A stretch of DNA of 63,825 nucleotides from Paraspadella gotoi. Its lineage: Eukaryota > Animalia > Chaetognatha. Below the pieces are notes generated by a model. The model was given only the letters and a program-made list of their open reading frames with translations. It made no database searches and was not told the DNA's origin. This document shows positions 25,922 through 39,355 of this stretch, piece by piece (the first letter of the stretch is position 1; the number at the start of each line of letters is the position of its first letter). The stretch covers positions 5,317,537 through 5,381,361 of the forward strand of contig CM119271.1 of NCBI GenBank assembly GCA_051294375.1, written 5' to 3'. Both the position numbers and the translations under genes were made by a program.

Positions 25922-27290
25922 GTTAGCTCTCGCTCAGTTGGACTGATTAGGATGGGGATGACAGCGCGGGGGGGCGGGTAGGAAGGAGGGGAAAGGAGGG
26001 AGGAAAGGAAAGGAAAAGGGGGAGGGAGGAAAGGAAAGAAGAGAAGGGAAGGGAAACTAGAAGGAGGGCGGTATGCAAGAGTAGAATAAAAGTGGAAGTA
26101 ATTTGAAAAAATTAAGAAGAAAAAAAAGAAGTTGGGGGAGATTCGAAGAAAGAAAAGAGGGAAACGGAGAGGAAAGTAGAGAGAAAAGTAGAGGGGAATC
26201 AGATAAAAAAAAAAAAGGAAAAAAAGAAAGAAAGGAAAAAAAAGGAAAGGGAATTCCTCCGGTTTTAGAAAGTAAAATGAGAAGAGAAGGAGGGAATGAC
26301 AGAGGGGGGAGGCCATTCGCTCGTTTCGACGGGTCGTTCGATCGGCCCACTTCTCCTTTCCTTTTTTTCCCTTCGATTTTTATTCCTTTTCGATCTTTTG
26401 GGTTTCGATCGTTTAAAGTTTGAATTTTGGTTCGTCCGTTCGTTTGTCATGTTAATTTTAAACTTATTTACGTGGTATTTATGGCTTATATTTAGAATTT
26501 ATTTGGTGTTTATAAGTACTTTGGTAAATTAGAATGAGGAATGAGTCGCGGAAGATATTAATGGTGAAAAAAAAGTAAAAATGAAAGGCAGGAGAAAAGG
26601 AGGAAAGTGAAAAGGAAGGAAAGGAAAGGAGAAAAAAAAAGAGAGGAAGGAGGAAAATAAAACCACGTGGCCTTGAACGTCTCATTTCGTCGTGTCTGAA
26701 CGCGCATGCGCAGTTATGGGCATTATTCTCTCCAAACGGTGACTGCCCTCGTTCTTCGTCCTACTTGTAGTTCTGTTTCACATAAATCTACTTTACCTAC
26801 AATATAAGCTATTTTCTTCTTCTCTTTTCCTTTTCAAAGGCATTTTTTTTTCTTTTCTTAGTTTTCTTCTCTTTCTTTTCTTTTCCTATCATTTTCTTGC
26901 TTCCTTTCGTATAAGAGAAGGAGGTAAGGAAGAAAAGACTTTCCTTCTTCTCTTATCTTTTTCCTTTTTGCCTCTCATTTTCCCTTCCTCCCTTCCTATT
27001 CTTGCTCCCATTTTTTTTTCATTCCCATATTTATTTTTTTTATTTTTGTCTTCCTTCTTTTCTTTTTTCTTTTTCCTTCCTCCATTCCTCTCCTTTTTCC
27101 TCCCGTACTTCCCTTTCTCATTTTTACTTTCTTTCTTTCCTCCCTTCCTTCTTTTCTCTTTTTCTTCTCGTCCTCGGCCGCCATTGTGGGCGTGGCTCGA
27201 GGCGTCTTGAGATTCGGTGGTCGACGCCGACGAAAGAACAAAGACTAAGGTGAAGAAAGGGAGGAAGGAGAAAGAAGAGAGGGAGGAAAG

Positions 27291-27359
<69 letters not shown>

Positions 27360-29057
27360 AAAAAGGAATTGGAGCGAGGATGAGAAAAGACCAGAGAGAG
27401 AATGTTTGGCGGTGAAAGAAAAGGAAAGATGGCGGACAAATGCGGAAGAACCGAAACGAAGAATAAGGAGGAGGAGGAGGAGGAGGAGGAGTAGGAGGAG
27501 GAAGAAGAAGAATCCGAAGGGACAAGAGATGAGATCAATTAGTTCCGCGCTTTTCGTGCCGCCTCAAGGCGAAAAGAACAATGACCAAGAAATGGAAAAA
27601 AAAGGGAGGAAAGGGAAAAAGGGGAAAAAAAAGAGAAAAGAAAGGAAATGTGACGTCTTGGAAAAAAGGAAAGTGAATGAGGATAAATTAAGTGAAAGAA
27701 GTAAAGAGAGAATGATAGGATATATTGCTAACCCGAAAAAAAAACCATATGTTACATTGTCAAACAACACAACCAGGAAAAGTGGGAAGAAAATGAAAAA
27801 AAGAAGAAGAGGAAAGAAAAAAAAAGGAGAAAAAAAGAGAAATTGCAAAAAAAGGGTGAATAATGATGAAAGATAAGGAAAAAGAATGGAGGCTAAGACC
27901 AACGACCAAAAAAAAGGAAATAATTAAAAAAAAATGAGAGAAAAAACGACAGTAACTGAAGATTTATAACGCAGAAGAGGAAGATAAAAGGGAATTCCGA
28001 AAATGAGGTAAGGGTTTGACAATAATACGGAGAGAGAGAGAGAGATGAGGAGAGATGACGAGAGAGAGAGAGAGAGAGAGAGTAGCAGAGGAGGAGAGAG
28101 AGAGAGAGAGAGAGAAGAAGAGAGAGAGAGAGAGAGAGAGAGATTTGGAAATGCTGAAACAACGAATGGGATATCGTAAATAACGGAGCTATATCGGTCA
28201 GGCATTGGACTAATGGTCCAGTAAGAAAGGAGAATCCATATTTCGGTTCATAAGAAAATAAATCGAATTTGACACGAAAGTTTCGTTAAAAACTTCTTCT
28301 TTTTTTTATCTTAATTTTTTTCTCGAGAATTATTCCTTTTTTTTAATAGAAGATTCTCTTCATTCAGTGTTTACCGGATCTTCTTCCGATTTTATCCGTA
28401 ACCTTCTTTTTTTAATTTCTTCCTTATTTCCCGTTCAACATTTCCTTCTTTTTTATTTCTTAATCTTTTCATTTCAACTTTAAAAAAAAAAATTCCGTTA
28501 AAAATCTTCTTCTTAATTTTTTTTCCTTTCTTTCTTTCCTCCTTTCATCTTTTCTGATTTTAATAGCGAAAATTTTCGCGCCAAACGGAACTGAAGATTT
28601 TTATCAAGGGTGGAAAGGAAAGGAAGGGGGAGAAGGATGGAGAAAAGAGGGGAGGAAGAAGTAAAGAGGAGAGGGATAATGCGAGTGGAAGAAGAAATAT
28701 GAGAAAGATAATGAAGAATAAAGTGAGTTTTGAATAAAAAGGAAGTTTAAAGAATGCAAAAGAAGTTGAAACAGTGGAAGGAAGAGAAAAGATAAGTAAA
28801 AGGTTGAATAAGATATAAAGACCATAACTGAATGAGAAAAGTAAGACAGAAAGACAGAAAAGACAGAAAAGACAGAAAGATCTCTCGTCGGCGACTTCTC
28901 ATTCATGGGCACAAACCGCCTCCGCACATAACCTTAGAACACAGGGGAAAAAAAGTTTTCCCCTAAAACCATAGCCCACTCTTTCTTTCTCTCTCTCTCT
29001 CTCTTTCTCTCTCATCTTCTCTCATCTCTCTCGCTCTTCTCTTCTCTCCCGTCTCTC

Positions 29058-29102
<45 letters not shown>

Positions 29103-29232
29103 ACTTTCTCTCTCTCTCTCTCTCTCTCAACCCTCCATCCCTCCACGAAAGACTTCCGGTCATTAAAATTCTTAACGTTCCCTTATCCTCTCTTCCTCGC
29201 GCCAGAGGAAAAAACTCGATAATTCTATTTTC

Positions 29233-29311
<79 letters not shown>

Positions 29312-29626
29312 TTTCTCTTTTTATCTTTCTTTTCTCTCAATTCACTCTTTCCTTTTTTTTTTTTTTTATCAAAAACAATCTTATCTCAGAAGGCAAGAAA
29401 GAAATTTCTTCTTTTTAAAAAAAAACGCCCTATCCGGTTTATCTCTTTTTTCTTCAGCCAAAAAAAAATATTCTGTGCCCAGACTTTACGAACCCCTCTT
29501 GCCGCAATCAAAGAATCGTGGTACGAAGAATTTTAAGAATCGTGGTACGAAAATATGTGTCATGCGCTCTCTTTTTTCTTAACTTTATCTCTCGAAGGAG
29601 TAAGTCTCGTCCTGTCATCATCATCT

Positions 29627-29713
<87 letters not shown>

Positions 29714-30179
29714 CAATTAGCATCAACCTTTTCATCTACAGTCAAAAACAAATGTCTAAAACAAAAAAGAAAACAAAGATACAAAGATAAAAAAACCTAG
29801 TTTCTCCTCAGCCAAATGACAACAACGAACGAACAACAACGAAATCCGCTCGTCGTCAACCTCTTGAGTAAACGAGAACGTAAAACTCGTAAATCGATTC
29901 GTTCATTCACAGATGAAACGGTTTCCGTGAGAAACATCGCCACGCCTCATTCTCCGACGGCAAAACCTTTATTAGCGGATGCCTCTCTTTTTTTTCCCTC
30001 CATTGTGTCTTTCCTCATTTTCTCTTTCTCTTCTATTCCTTTATTCCACGTTTTCCGACTCAAATCTCTCCACTTTCCCTTTCCCTTTTCTTTCTTTAGA
30101 TTTTTTTTTTTGATATAAATCCTTTCTTTCGTTGTTTGGGATGGAACATTAGAGACAGTGCATTGAAGTTGTAGTTTTG

Positions 30180-30250
30180 ACAACGATTTTTTTAATTTAA
30201 TTCAAAACAAGACATGTTTCGGTTCAATTTCAGGCCTTCATCAGCGTTAG
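30180..30250 (-). ncRNA. Degenerate minimal hammerhead-ribozyme-like motif of Penelope-like element type
   Basis: The minus strand reads CTGATGA aggcctgaaattgaacc GAAA CATG TC, giving core boxes, a palindromic ACATGT stem III and a GUC triplet, followed by an A-rich tract. Stems I and II are imperfect. Confidence 0.45.
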
Positions 30251-30292
30251 TGAACTTTGTTTTGTGTAAAGGAAGAGAAGAAAGAGGAGATT

Positions 30293-30340
<48 letters not shown>

Positions 30341-30892
30341 AGAGGAGAGAGAGGGGCAAAGTTTCAAACACACGGCCGAGATTTAGAAAGGACAGTGGCT
30401 AATTGGTGAGAAACAGCTGAAGTTGAGAAAGACAGAGTAAGTTGTGAAAAGAAGTTGAAATGTGAAAAAAGAGAGAGAGAGAGAGAAAGGAGAGAGGAAG
30501 AGGAGAGAGAGAGAGAGAGCAGAAAGAGCAGAGAGAGAAACAGTGCAAAATCTGTTACATTGTGTAATGTATAACCAATAAGAAAAGTTTTAAACTGATG
30601 AATATTAGTGAAATATAAATAAATTGATTTTTTTTTTAAAAATGTGCCGATTGCTTTTTATCAGTCGTTTCCGCTCCATTAGCCGGATTCCTGCAGGGGC
30701 GATTGAATGGTACAGTTTTCTCATGTTTAAAGATTTAACAAATATCAAAATTATACATCCACTCAAAAAACAACCAAAAACAACTATATCTTCGGGTCGT
30801 GACTGCCCTGATCTCTCTGACAAGATAACTTTGAAAAACTATGAAGATTTTTTTTGTTTTCTCGTAAAACAGTTTAGAATGGATAATATTTA

Positions 30893-31012
30893 TAATGAAA
30901 TTGGTACAACCAATATAAAAATTATCCATTCACTTAATAAACAAGCTATCTTGCCCCTGACTTTGGACAGGCTTTGGAGGTTTAAGGCCTCCGTCACTCC
31001 TACAAGATAATG
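30893..31012 (+). repeat. Unclassified interspersed repeat family A, copy a (partial)
   Basis: atgaaattggtacaaccaatataaaaattat...aagctatcttgc...ggtttaaggcctcc...acaagataatga is shared with the copies at 32292, 51051 (RC) and 59230. Confidence 0.8.
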
Positions 31013-32291
31013 ATTAGGTTATATTACATTCCGTTTGAATTACTATCTAGTAACTAATATCATATTCCTTCCCTCTCCCCAGATCTTTTCCTCCTCTATT
31101 CTTCCTACAGTTGGGCTCCTTTCATTTCTTGTCCTCAAATCGGTCGACTTACAGTTAGGCCCCCTTTATTTGACTCCGAAGCATAAAGGGAATAAAAAAG
31201 GATTGTTGACTTGGCTTTTTTCTCTCTCTCTCTCTCTCGATCACCCCATCCTCTCCTCTCTCTCCCTCTCCTCTCNNNNNNNNNNNNNNNNNNNNNNNNN
31301 NNNNNNNNNNNNNNNNNNNNNNNNNNNNNNNNNNNNNNNNNNNNNNNNNNNNNNNNNNNNNNNNNNNNNNNNNNNNNNNNNNNNNNNNNNNNNNNNNNNN
31401 NNNNNNNNNNNNNNNNNNNNNNNTCCTTCCAAGCCTTCAGACTTGTAAGCAAATGCGCTCTTCTATTATCATGGGTCGTCGGCGTTTAAGGCGGAGGGAA
31501 AATGATGTCGTTTGTTTGTTTATTCATCACCATGGAGACATCGAAGGGCGCGGGGGGGAGGGAGTTGGGTGGAGGAGGGGTGGAGTCGTCTCTGCCTGGG
31601 CCATATTGGGTCAGTCGTCAGTTGGGAAAACGAGAATTACCCGTTGCTTTACTGTCTCATTGTTAGCAATGCTCTTTTAATTGAAAAACCTACTGCGTAT
31701 GTGTATTGTAATCGTAATCCTTAGTTTGTACNNNNNNNNNNNNNNNNNNNNNNNNNNNNNNNNNNNNNNNNNNNNNNNNNNNNNNNNNNNNNNNNNNNNN
31801 NNNNNNNNNNNNNNNNNNNNNNNNNNNNNNNNNNNNNNNNNNNNNNNNNNNNNNNNNNNNNNNNNNNNNNNNNNNNNNNNNNNNNNNNNNNNNNNNNNNN
31901 NNNNNNNNNNNNNNNNNNNNNNNNNNNNNCTGGAAAGAATCAGCTGCGATTTCGGTCGATCTGGAAATGAACAGAAATAGAAACAGGAGGAGTAGAAAAG
32001 AAGGAGGAAGAGGAGGAGAAAGAGGAGGAAAATGAGGAAGAGGAGGAGGAAGAGAAGNNNNNNNNNNNNNNNNNNNNNNNNNNNNNNNNNNNNNNNNNNN
32101 NNNNNNNNNNNNNNNNNNNNNNNNNNNNNNNNNNNNNNNNNNNNNNNNNNNNNNNNNNNNNNNNNNNNNNNNNNNNNNNNNNNNATCAGGGAATCATTGA
32201 TTGGCAGAGAGGAGGAAGTAGGAGGAGGAAGTAGGAGGAGGAAGAGGAAGAGGAAGAGGAGGAGGAGAAGAATTCTTTGGAGAACATAACT

Positions 32292-32525
32292 ATGAAATTA
32301 GTAGAATCAATAAAAAAATTATCCATTCATTTAATAAATAAGCTATCCTGCCTTTGACTTTGGCTTTGGTGGTTTAAGGCCTCCATCTCTCTTACAAGGT
32401 AATGACATAGCAGTACCTTGAAAGCTTTCAATCAAAAGACTTTCTCACGGTTTATTCCCAGAGTACCTGGCTTCCCTATCAACGAAGTGGTTTAATGTTT
32501 CAAAGAATGTTTCAATTGTATGAAA
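32292..32525 (+). repeat. Interspersed repeat family A, copy b
   Basis: Includes taatgacatagcag, ctttcaatcaa, gtacctggcttccctatcaacgaa and tgtttcaaagaatgttt, as in 59230-59457. Confidence 0.8.
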
Positions 32526-33224
32526 AGACTCTCTCTTATTATATATAACATTTTTGGGGGGGTTGTTAGAATCATTATCATATATATACCGTGAAATCAA
32601 ACTTCTCTTCTTTCACCCGATGCTCTTTTATTTCTATTTTACTAACGCAAGGAAATTCTATTTCTTCCGCGATCACAGCGACATTTTGGTTTCTAATTTG
32701 TATCATATATATATACTTAAGTACAGCTTCCGAGTGCTACGCATGGTGTTTTCTGATTTTGGTTCCGCCGTTTCTTAGATCTCAGCATTGATTTCTATCG
32801 ACGTGTGACTCTCATGTTTTGTTCAGTCTTGCAATGCGTTTTTACTACTTTTTAAAAGATAATAAATCGCTATTTAAGATATCTCGGAAACTTCTTTTTT
32901 AATAAAGAAAACTAGTGATCGCTGGATTAGGTGACTTTCCTTGTGATAGAGGCAACCATTTCTACAAATTTGGCTTCAGAAACAGTAAGATGGATTCTTT
33001 AAAACTTTATATATATATTTTTGCTGAGTGTGTATTAAAAATGTTTTTTATTCTTGCCAGACTTTAACTCTACTCTCTCTACTCAGATACCAACTAGAAG
33101 TGCTGGGCTTAGGACTTTGTCGTCAGATCATTCTGAGCGTTCCAAGACCGGGCGCCATCGTCTCGTCCGCGCCATCTAAACTCGAATTCCTCTCGTTTTG
33201 ATAGCGCAGGATCAGCTCAGCCAG

Positions 33225-33810
33225 TTAGTTGTCAACGACAGCCACCTCTACAAACATAGTCAATAAATTAGAAGTCTTCGTTTGCGATCGTCTTTCATCA
33301 AGGTTTCGTCGAAGATTCTCTAACTCAACGGTTTTCCGCTGGAAACCCGTGAGAAGAAGTCCCGCCTGCGTCGGCTCTGGGTCGAGCGAATTGACGATTC
33401 CAACATCGGAAAGAACTTGCAAAACTTTCGACGGACGTAAGATCCGGCGGCGCCTTCCGGCTCTGCTTTCATTGCGATTAGCGATCCTCGAACTAGCGAC
33501 CGCGCCGTCGGGCGTTAATTTGACATCGCGACGGATGGCATCGGCCGTCCTTTCGAATAGCAGTGAGATGAAGTTCGGTTGTCGATTCGTTTTTATTTCT
33601 GCAATCTTCGCGTCTTCGGCTGCTAACGACTTGGCGAAGCTTTCCAACGATTTCAACGCTTTCGCGTTTGGTCACCTGGGCAGTGAAGGATCGCGTGGAA
33701 ATAAGCGCGCCAGAGAATTAATTTGCGTCTGGAGCTCGAGTGCCGAAATTTCTTTGATCGGAAAATTCCCTTTTCGGCGTTTTTTTGTGACTTTCGTCGC
33801 TCGTTTGTAA
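33225..33810 (-). other. Antisense ORF-like segment upstream of gag
   Basis: The 143-aa minus ORF (KSLESFAKSLAAEDAKIAEIK...TVELENLRRNLDERRSQ) has helical, coiled-coil-like composition. The same frame reads protein-like upstream across one stop. Confidence 0.4.
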
Positions 33811-34005
33811 GACGAATTTTAGATTTGCGCTAGTGCGACGAACGAGAAAAATATCAATAACTTCGCGCGCCCCGACAGTAATCCCCTCTCCCAAAATTTC
33901 TACGAGATATCTGGACTTACCCCTTCTTCAAAGCGACATGGCTTCTATCTCCTGAAACGCCGTACCCTTCAGGAATGCAACATCTTCCTGCGTAACTTCA
34001 CGTCG

Positions 34006-36685
34006 ATGAAGATGGTCGAGGCACATGCGATATCGTACGATCGCGCCAAAACCACTCCGACGCAGAGAAAACATTGCGGTCGCCAACGCGGAAAGACACG
34101 TAGTCCGTGCAGTCTACGAAGAATCCGGGCCCGCTATTTTCAGGAGGAACATGGGAAAGACGAGGCGTGGAAGTTTCTGTCGGGCTTCCTCAAACCGCCT
34201 GCCACAATATTCTTGGGCAGCGCCGCTTTCTCAATTCCGGTCTAACTCTGTGTCGACGCGAGCCCATCGTTGAAAGCTACGCTTCGACAGGACGTCCCGG
34301 CTCCGTTTGCAACCAAGTGATTGATCGACGATGCTCTGAGTTGCCGGATATTCCCTCGATATATATCCTCTATCTGTAAAACTCTCCGGACGACGGAAGC
34401 GTTGGCGTCATCCGGCGTCTCTCCCTCTCTCCCCTATCTCTCTCTATATATATAATCTCTTATACGCCCGTCGCCGTCTATTTCGTCAACATACCAATGG
34501 ATATCGTTACGATATTTGGCGCACGAGGAAATATAATATTCCATTCCCGTCCCTATCGATTCGACCCGGAACGAACGTCTGCGTCTCGGAGTTGCGTTCT
34601 CACACGCTTCGCGGAGCCTTGGTGAGACTGGCCCCCTGAGACCTGCGGTAACTCGTACATATTATCTACATATCTTCATAGTCTATTCTCTCTACTATCC
34701 TCTATCTCCCTGCCAACAGTATCATATATCCTCTTGTCGGAAGCTGCTCGTAGCCGAATTTGGACGTCGTGCTCGTCGCGTCGAAGGGGAAGTGCGCCGG
34801 ATTAGTGCGATTTATTTTCGGACGGTCTTCGTGAGCATCGGATAAGACTGTGAGCGTATGGTGACGCGACTGGATCGCGATATACGTCAACGTAGCCGCC
34901 GCAGATCGCGCTATAAGACGATGAGCGGAAAGAAAGCGAGAGAAAAGAGAGAATATGTAAGTCAGCAAACGTAGTTCGATGTCGACCGCCGATGGAGGCC
35001 TGTCAGAAGCCCGCGTCGACGACTGTCTTCGCTGACGACGAATGGGTCGCGCTCATCACAATGCCGAATAACGTAGCCCTCTTCTTCTCGCACAACTACT
35101 TGTACCGACGGCCTGAAAATGAAACATCTCACCGGCTTACTGACGTTAAAGATCAACATACATGAGTGCGGTCCCCAACGCCTAAGAGTGTAAGCCGGCG
35201 CTAAACGTAGCCGTCTGTTTCAAGGCGAGCGTCCTTACTCCGGAACAAAGAATGAAGGGAGGAGCGGAGGCGTTGGAGCATGTGTTCGATGACGCTCTCG
35301 CCCGCCGCCAAATCGCGAGAAAATCCAGCAAGTTGACTATGAGTTTCTACGCCGATCGGCAATTAAGGGAGCCGCTATCTCGAAATGAAGGATTGCGCTC
35401 GACAGCGGAAGAGGATGCGGGATAGTCGTTCCTTCCCCTTCCCTCACCGCCTCTCGTACTAACTGCTGCGCCGCGCTAGCCGCTTGCGGCGTATGATACG
35501 ACCGAGGCGCCAGTATTTGTCCCAGAGAAGCGGACGGCGATTCCATCAGCTTCACACGCTTCTCGAGCCTCAAGTCATCCAACGCGCTGTCCTCTTAACC
35601 GGCGCGTCTGAGGCAGCCTTCGACCGCTACCGCTGCGATGGCGACGGGCTTTTTAGGAATCAAGCAGGTACACTCGCCTTTCCAATTGCCTACCAGCAGC
35701 AGCGCCGAAAAACAAAGTGCGAATGAAATACATCACGTTTGGATTTCGAGGCGTCAACTCGAGGATTATCAAGTCAGCGTCTCGTGTCGTGGACGGTCGC
35801 GACGGTCCGATGAGTTTGAAGGGCTTCCCCATTAGGTTCGATTGGTCTTCTCCTAAGCGATCGATTCGAACGCTTTTCTGACGCTAGACCGAACGCTGAC
35901 CTCGGCCTCATGCGGGACGCCTCATCGCCTAAGTAAGAAATGGGAATGAGAGCGGACTGACGGCAGATGAATGATGAGCAGATCCTCGGCGGTTCCTAAG
36001 GCTCGATGGCGTAGGATTCGGTGACGTGCATTCAGTAGCTTGTTTAATACCACCTTGCAGGCAGGTGACACGACCTCGCGTAGGGAGACGGGCGACTGTC
36101 TCTATATCGCCTGGCCGTCATGGCGGATCTACTCGCGAAGGCGGATGCCACATTTATCAGATAAGTGGGCTAAAAAAAGTGGTTACTTACCGAACAATAT
36201 CCACCATTGGGATTGATGACTTTCCTTAGCTGATTTTGTCTCTAGCCATTTAACCAAGAGGTCTTGATAGACTCGCCGGCGAAGTCAATGCAAAGACGCC
36301 TGCGACGACGGAGAAGACGAAGTGGCGACGCGAAGCTGTCAACGTTCGCCAACGCGGAGTAAGACATCGAGACGAAAAGAAAGCTTCGATCTCCGCCGCT
36401 TCTTACCCCCGCCCTGCTGGAGCGTCGGCTTCAATTCCGACTGTCGTCGCGACTGCGCCGGACCTTAAACTTGTGCCTTGCCCCACATTTGAGGGGAAGC
36501 ATATTTGCGAAGCTGTTGACAAGTATTCAGCGACATGTGAAAGGCCGCTATGATCGGCCGCAATTTATCGCCCTCAAAAGCCGCTGGCTTCAAAACTGTA
36601 TGGGAAGCGGTCATCTTGGTCGAGAACTGCCCTACAAAAGAGCGATGCTTTTTAGTAAAAATTATCATCCGCTCCTTCATGTTGA
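34006..36685 (+). pseudogene. gag: BEL/Pao gag remnant
   Basis: WKFLSGFLKPPA (~34170) resembles the Pao gag DUF1759 motif (tentative). Tandem Cys/His knuckles are split over frames at 36470-36682: PCPT..GKH, NCMGSGHL/VENCPTKERC, YHPLLH. Confidence 0.65.
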
Positions 36686-36919
36686 CGCCCGACCACCGCC
36701 GGAGTGCGCGGCGAGGCTTCAAAAAGCTACGCCTGCAAATCGACACGACGTAGCAGCAGGGGAGGAAATGAAAGGGATAAGTCTGCGCCGCCGCCGATAC
36801 GACGGATTCGACGGCGAGTGAATAAAGACTGGTGACTATCGCCGCGAGCCCCGGGCTGGGGGCACGTTACCGCCCAGGCGTGCCAATCGTGATCGTCGTC
36901 GGTCAACGAACGATATTCA

Positions 36920-37350
36920 ACCTACGCGTCTCTTGGACAGCGGAGTAATAAGTGCGTCATCAACGGTCCAACTCGCGAGGCGATTGAATGCCGCTTAGTC
37001 ATGTATAATTTGAAATTCAACTACCTCGGCCTCTGAGTCTACACTCCCTAGCCAATGGTGAGGAAGATAGATTTCTTCAGTCGACGGTGCATTGGAATTG
37101 GACCTGGAGATGTCCTCGCCGTTCGACATCCTGTCTTCGAAGACCGACGCGCCCGTTCTCAGGAGGAGATTTCTTCCTTTGCTCATCTAGCGGGATGTCG
37201 AGAATATTTTGCTCTTCCAACGAAAGATGATCGGCTTTATATCTTTCAGCCGAATATACGCTGGACTTAGGAGACCGGAGAGCATTCGCCGTGGAAGTAA
37301 GAGCCTCCCATGCGTTTAAAAACCAATGGGGATGGACCATCGTCGGCGCC
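36920..37350 (+). pseudogene. BEL/Pao aspartic protease remnant
   Basis: tac gcg (t) ctc ttg gac agc gga gives the YA-LLDSG active-site motif. AFKNQWGWTIVG near 37312-37347 matches the Pao 'TxLGWxxxG' motif. Confidence 0.75.
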
Positions 37351-37799
37351 ACGCGCCAGAGGGTCGGTCGAGCTCCGGCGGAATCCATTCAAGTGACCTG
37401 CACCGTGATTCATAATGTTGACGACGAGCAGCTCAGCTGTCGATAATTCAGCGTCTTTTTGAGCGGATTTTCCGCCGGCGCCATCGGCAAGCCATCAATC
37501 TAGCGTGCAAGTATCGACTTCGCCATGGAGCAGCTTCGTCGTACGATACAGTTCGACGAGACTGTCGATATTGGAAGGTTGGGCTTCGCTTGGAGCGAAG
37601 GCCGGGATAAAAGGCTGCGCGAGATTCTTGAACAAATGTAATTCGTCTGAGAATGGCATGAATCGGCTCCTGAAAGCCGGGGCAAGATGCGGCGAGAGCC
37701 GCTTCGCAAAGAAGGAGTCTTTAAGCAGTTCAAGAATTATCATTCGACGAAGGTCATGCGATTCGAATAGAATGATCCAGCAGTCCCGGACGGAGAACC

Positions 37800-37877
<78 letters not shown>

Positions 37878-37969
37878 CCCCCCCCCCCCCCCCCCCCCCC
37901 GCCACCCCCCCCCCCCCCCCTATTTGGTTTGCTTGCTCCACTCAGTATCGTCACGAGAGCTGACAAGCC

Positions 37970-39355
37970 AGGGAAAGTATCGCGTCTTTGCCATTGACGC
38001 CAAGCGTTCTTGCCGACTGGATCAAAGCCTCAACGATCAGCTTCCACGCCGGCCCGACCTAATGAATATCTTCTTGCGTCCTTTTCCGCTTTCGCCGTCA
38101 CGTAAACTCCTCGACGTCCGACGTGCGCGGATTCTTTCATCAGTGCTTCGTCGACGAAAAGATCGCCATGTGTCGCTTCTTGGTTGAAGCACGAACAATG
38201 GTAAAGTCCGTTCTGATGGGAGAGAAGTCGTCCACGTGTTCGGCGGCTAAATGTCGTCGCCTGACTTGCGCCAAGCTACGTGCTTCAGCATCTACGCCGT
38301 ACCTTATGAAACGGTTCCCACCGGATAGTCGCTGACGCCATCGATCAACGATTCTACGTGGACAACTTGGTTGCTTCGGCGCCGACCGTCGAGGCTGCCC
38401 GAAACCTCCGGATCGGCATCATCGGAAGCGATGAAGCGTGGAGGCTTCGACCTTGTATGCTGGCGATCATTCGCACAAAGAGGCGTTGGAGGATGACACG
38501 CCTGGCGTCGAAAAGAGAATGGGAAGATATCAAAACCTTCAGTGATGAGAGCGACGATAATTGGGAAAAAGTGCTTGGCGTTGTCTTTGTTTTCACGTGA
38601 TATATTCTCGTTCAATACGAACAAGAAGAAGGTGGATTACAGAAGTCCAACGCGACGACAAATGCTCTCACTTACCAGCTCTCTCTTTGATCCTATGGGT
38701 TCGTGGCACCCTTCATCCTGCGCGGACGTGAGATTTTTCAAGCGGGCAACTAGAAAAAACTCCGTGGATGATCCAGTATCAAAGGAGATATTTGTCGAAA
38801 TCACAAATGCGGCAAGAGGTAGTGAAGCTTACTTTCCATCGAGATTCCTCGCTGGATCGCGACGAAGGCAAATACAAAACGGCGCCCGAGATGCACATCT
38901 TCTGCGATGCCTCGAAGTTGGGCTACGGTGCGTCATGTATCGTCGCGTCGAGGTTCCATCAGAGACTTACGTCGCTTATTTCTTTGGAAAATCGCGCGTT
39001 GTGCCTCTGTCTTCGATAAGTGTTCTCACCATGAATCAATTCCGCGGCTGGAACTTACCGCCGCGAAACTCGCCGCCGAACTTTGTCTACTGTCTTGGAT
39101 CAGTTCATGAGGAATATTCGAGAGTTGTGTTCTGGACGATTCGCCAATAACGTCATCAAGCAAATTCGGCGACGAGAAGTCGCGTTCATCCCGTTTTTCA
39201 AACATCGAATCACTCGAATTCGTGAAATCTCCGAGGTAGACGAATGGAGAATCGTCCGACTGCGCAGTAACCCGGCAGATATTGCGAGTCGGGTTATCTA
39301 CTGGAATGAGGAAGAGTGGAAGAAGTTCTATCGTGGTCCAGAATTTCTTTGGACC
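37970..39355 (+). pseudogene. pol: BEL/Pao reverse transcriptase and RNase H remnant
   Basis: Motifs across shifting frames: KYRVF..D, SLNDQL..RPDLMN, RFYVDNL (catalytic YVDN), EKVLGV, PTRRQMLSLTSSLFDPMG, MHIFCDASKLGYGA, GKSRVVP, SIPRLELTAAKLAAEL, SNPADIASR, FYRGPEFL. Confidence 0.92.

Larger units (their letters stand above)
15651..26410 (+). repeat. Copy 2 of ~10.5 kb tandem duplication
   Basis: Begins right after a 25-N gap (15626-15650) with the sequence seen at 5222 and runs to the sequence seen at 15625. Confidence 0.95.

Noticed and set aside
32530-33100. 5' LTR of the BEL element
   Set aside because: I could not match it to any sequence after 40990, and no TG...CA pair or PBS was identified.
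37801-37920. Poly-C run giving poly-Pro/poly-Gly ORFs or a G-quadruplex
   Set aside because: It interrupts the retroelement pol region and is most likely a sequencing or consensus artefact.
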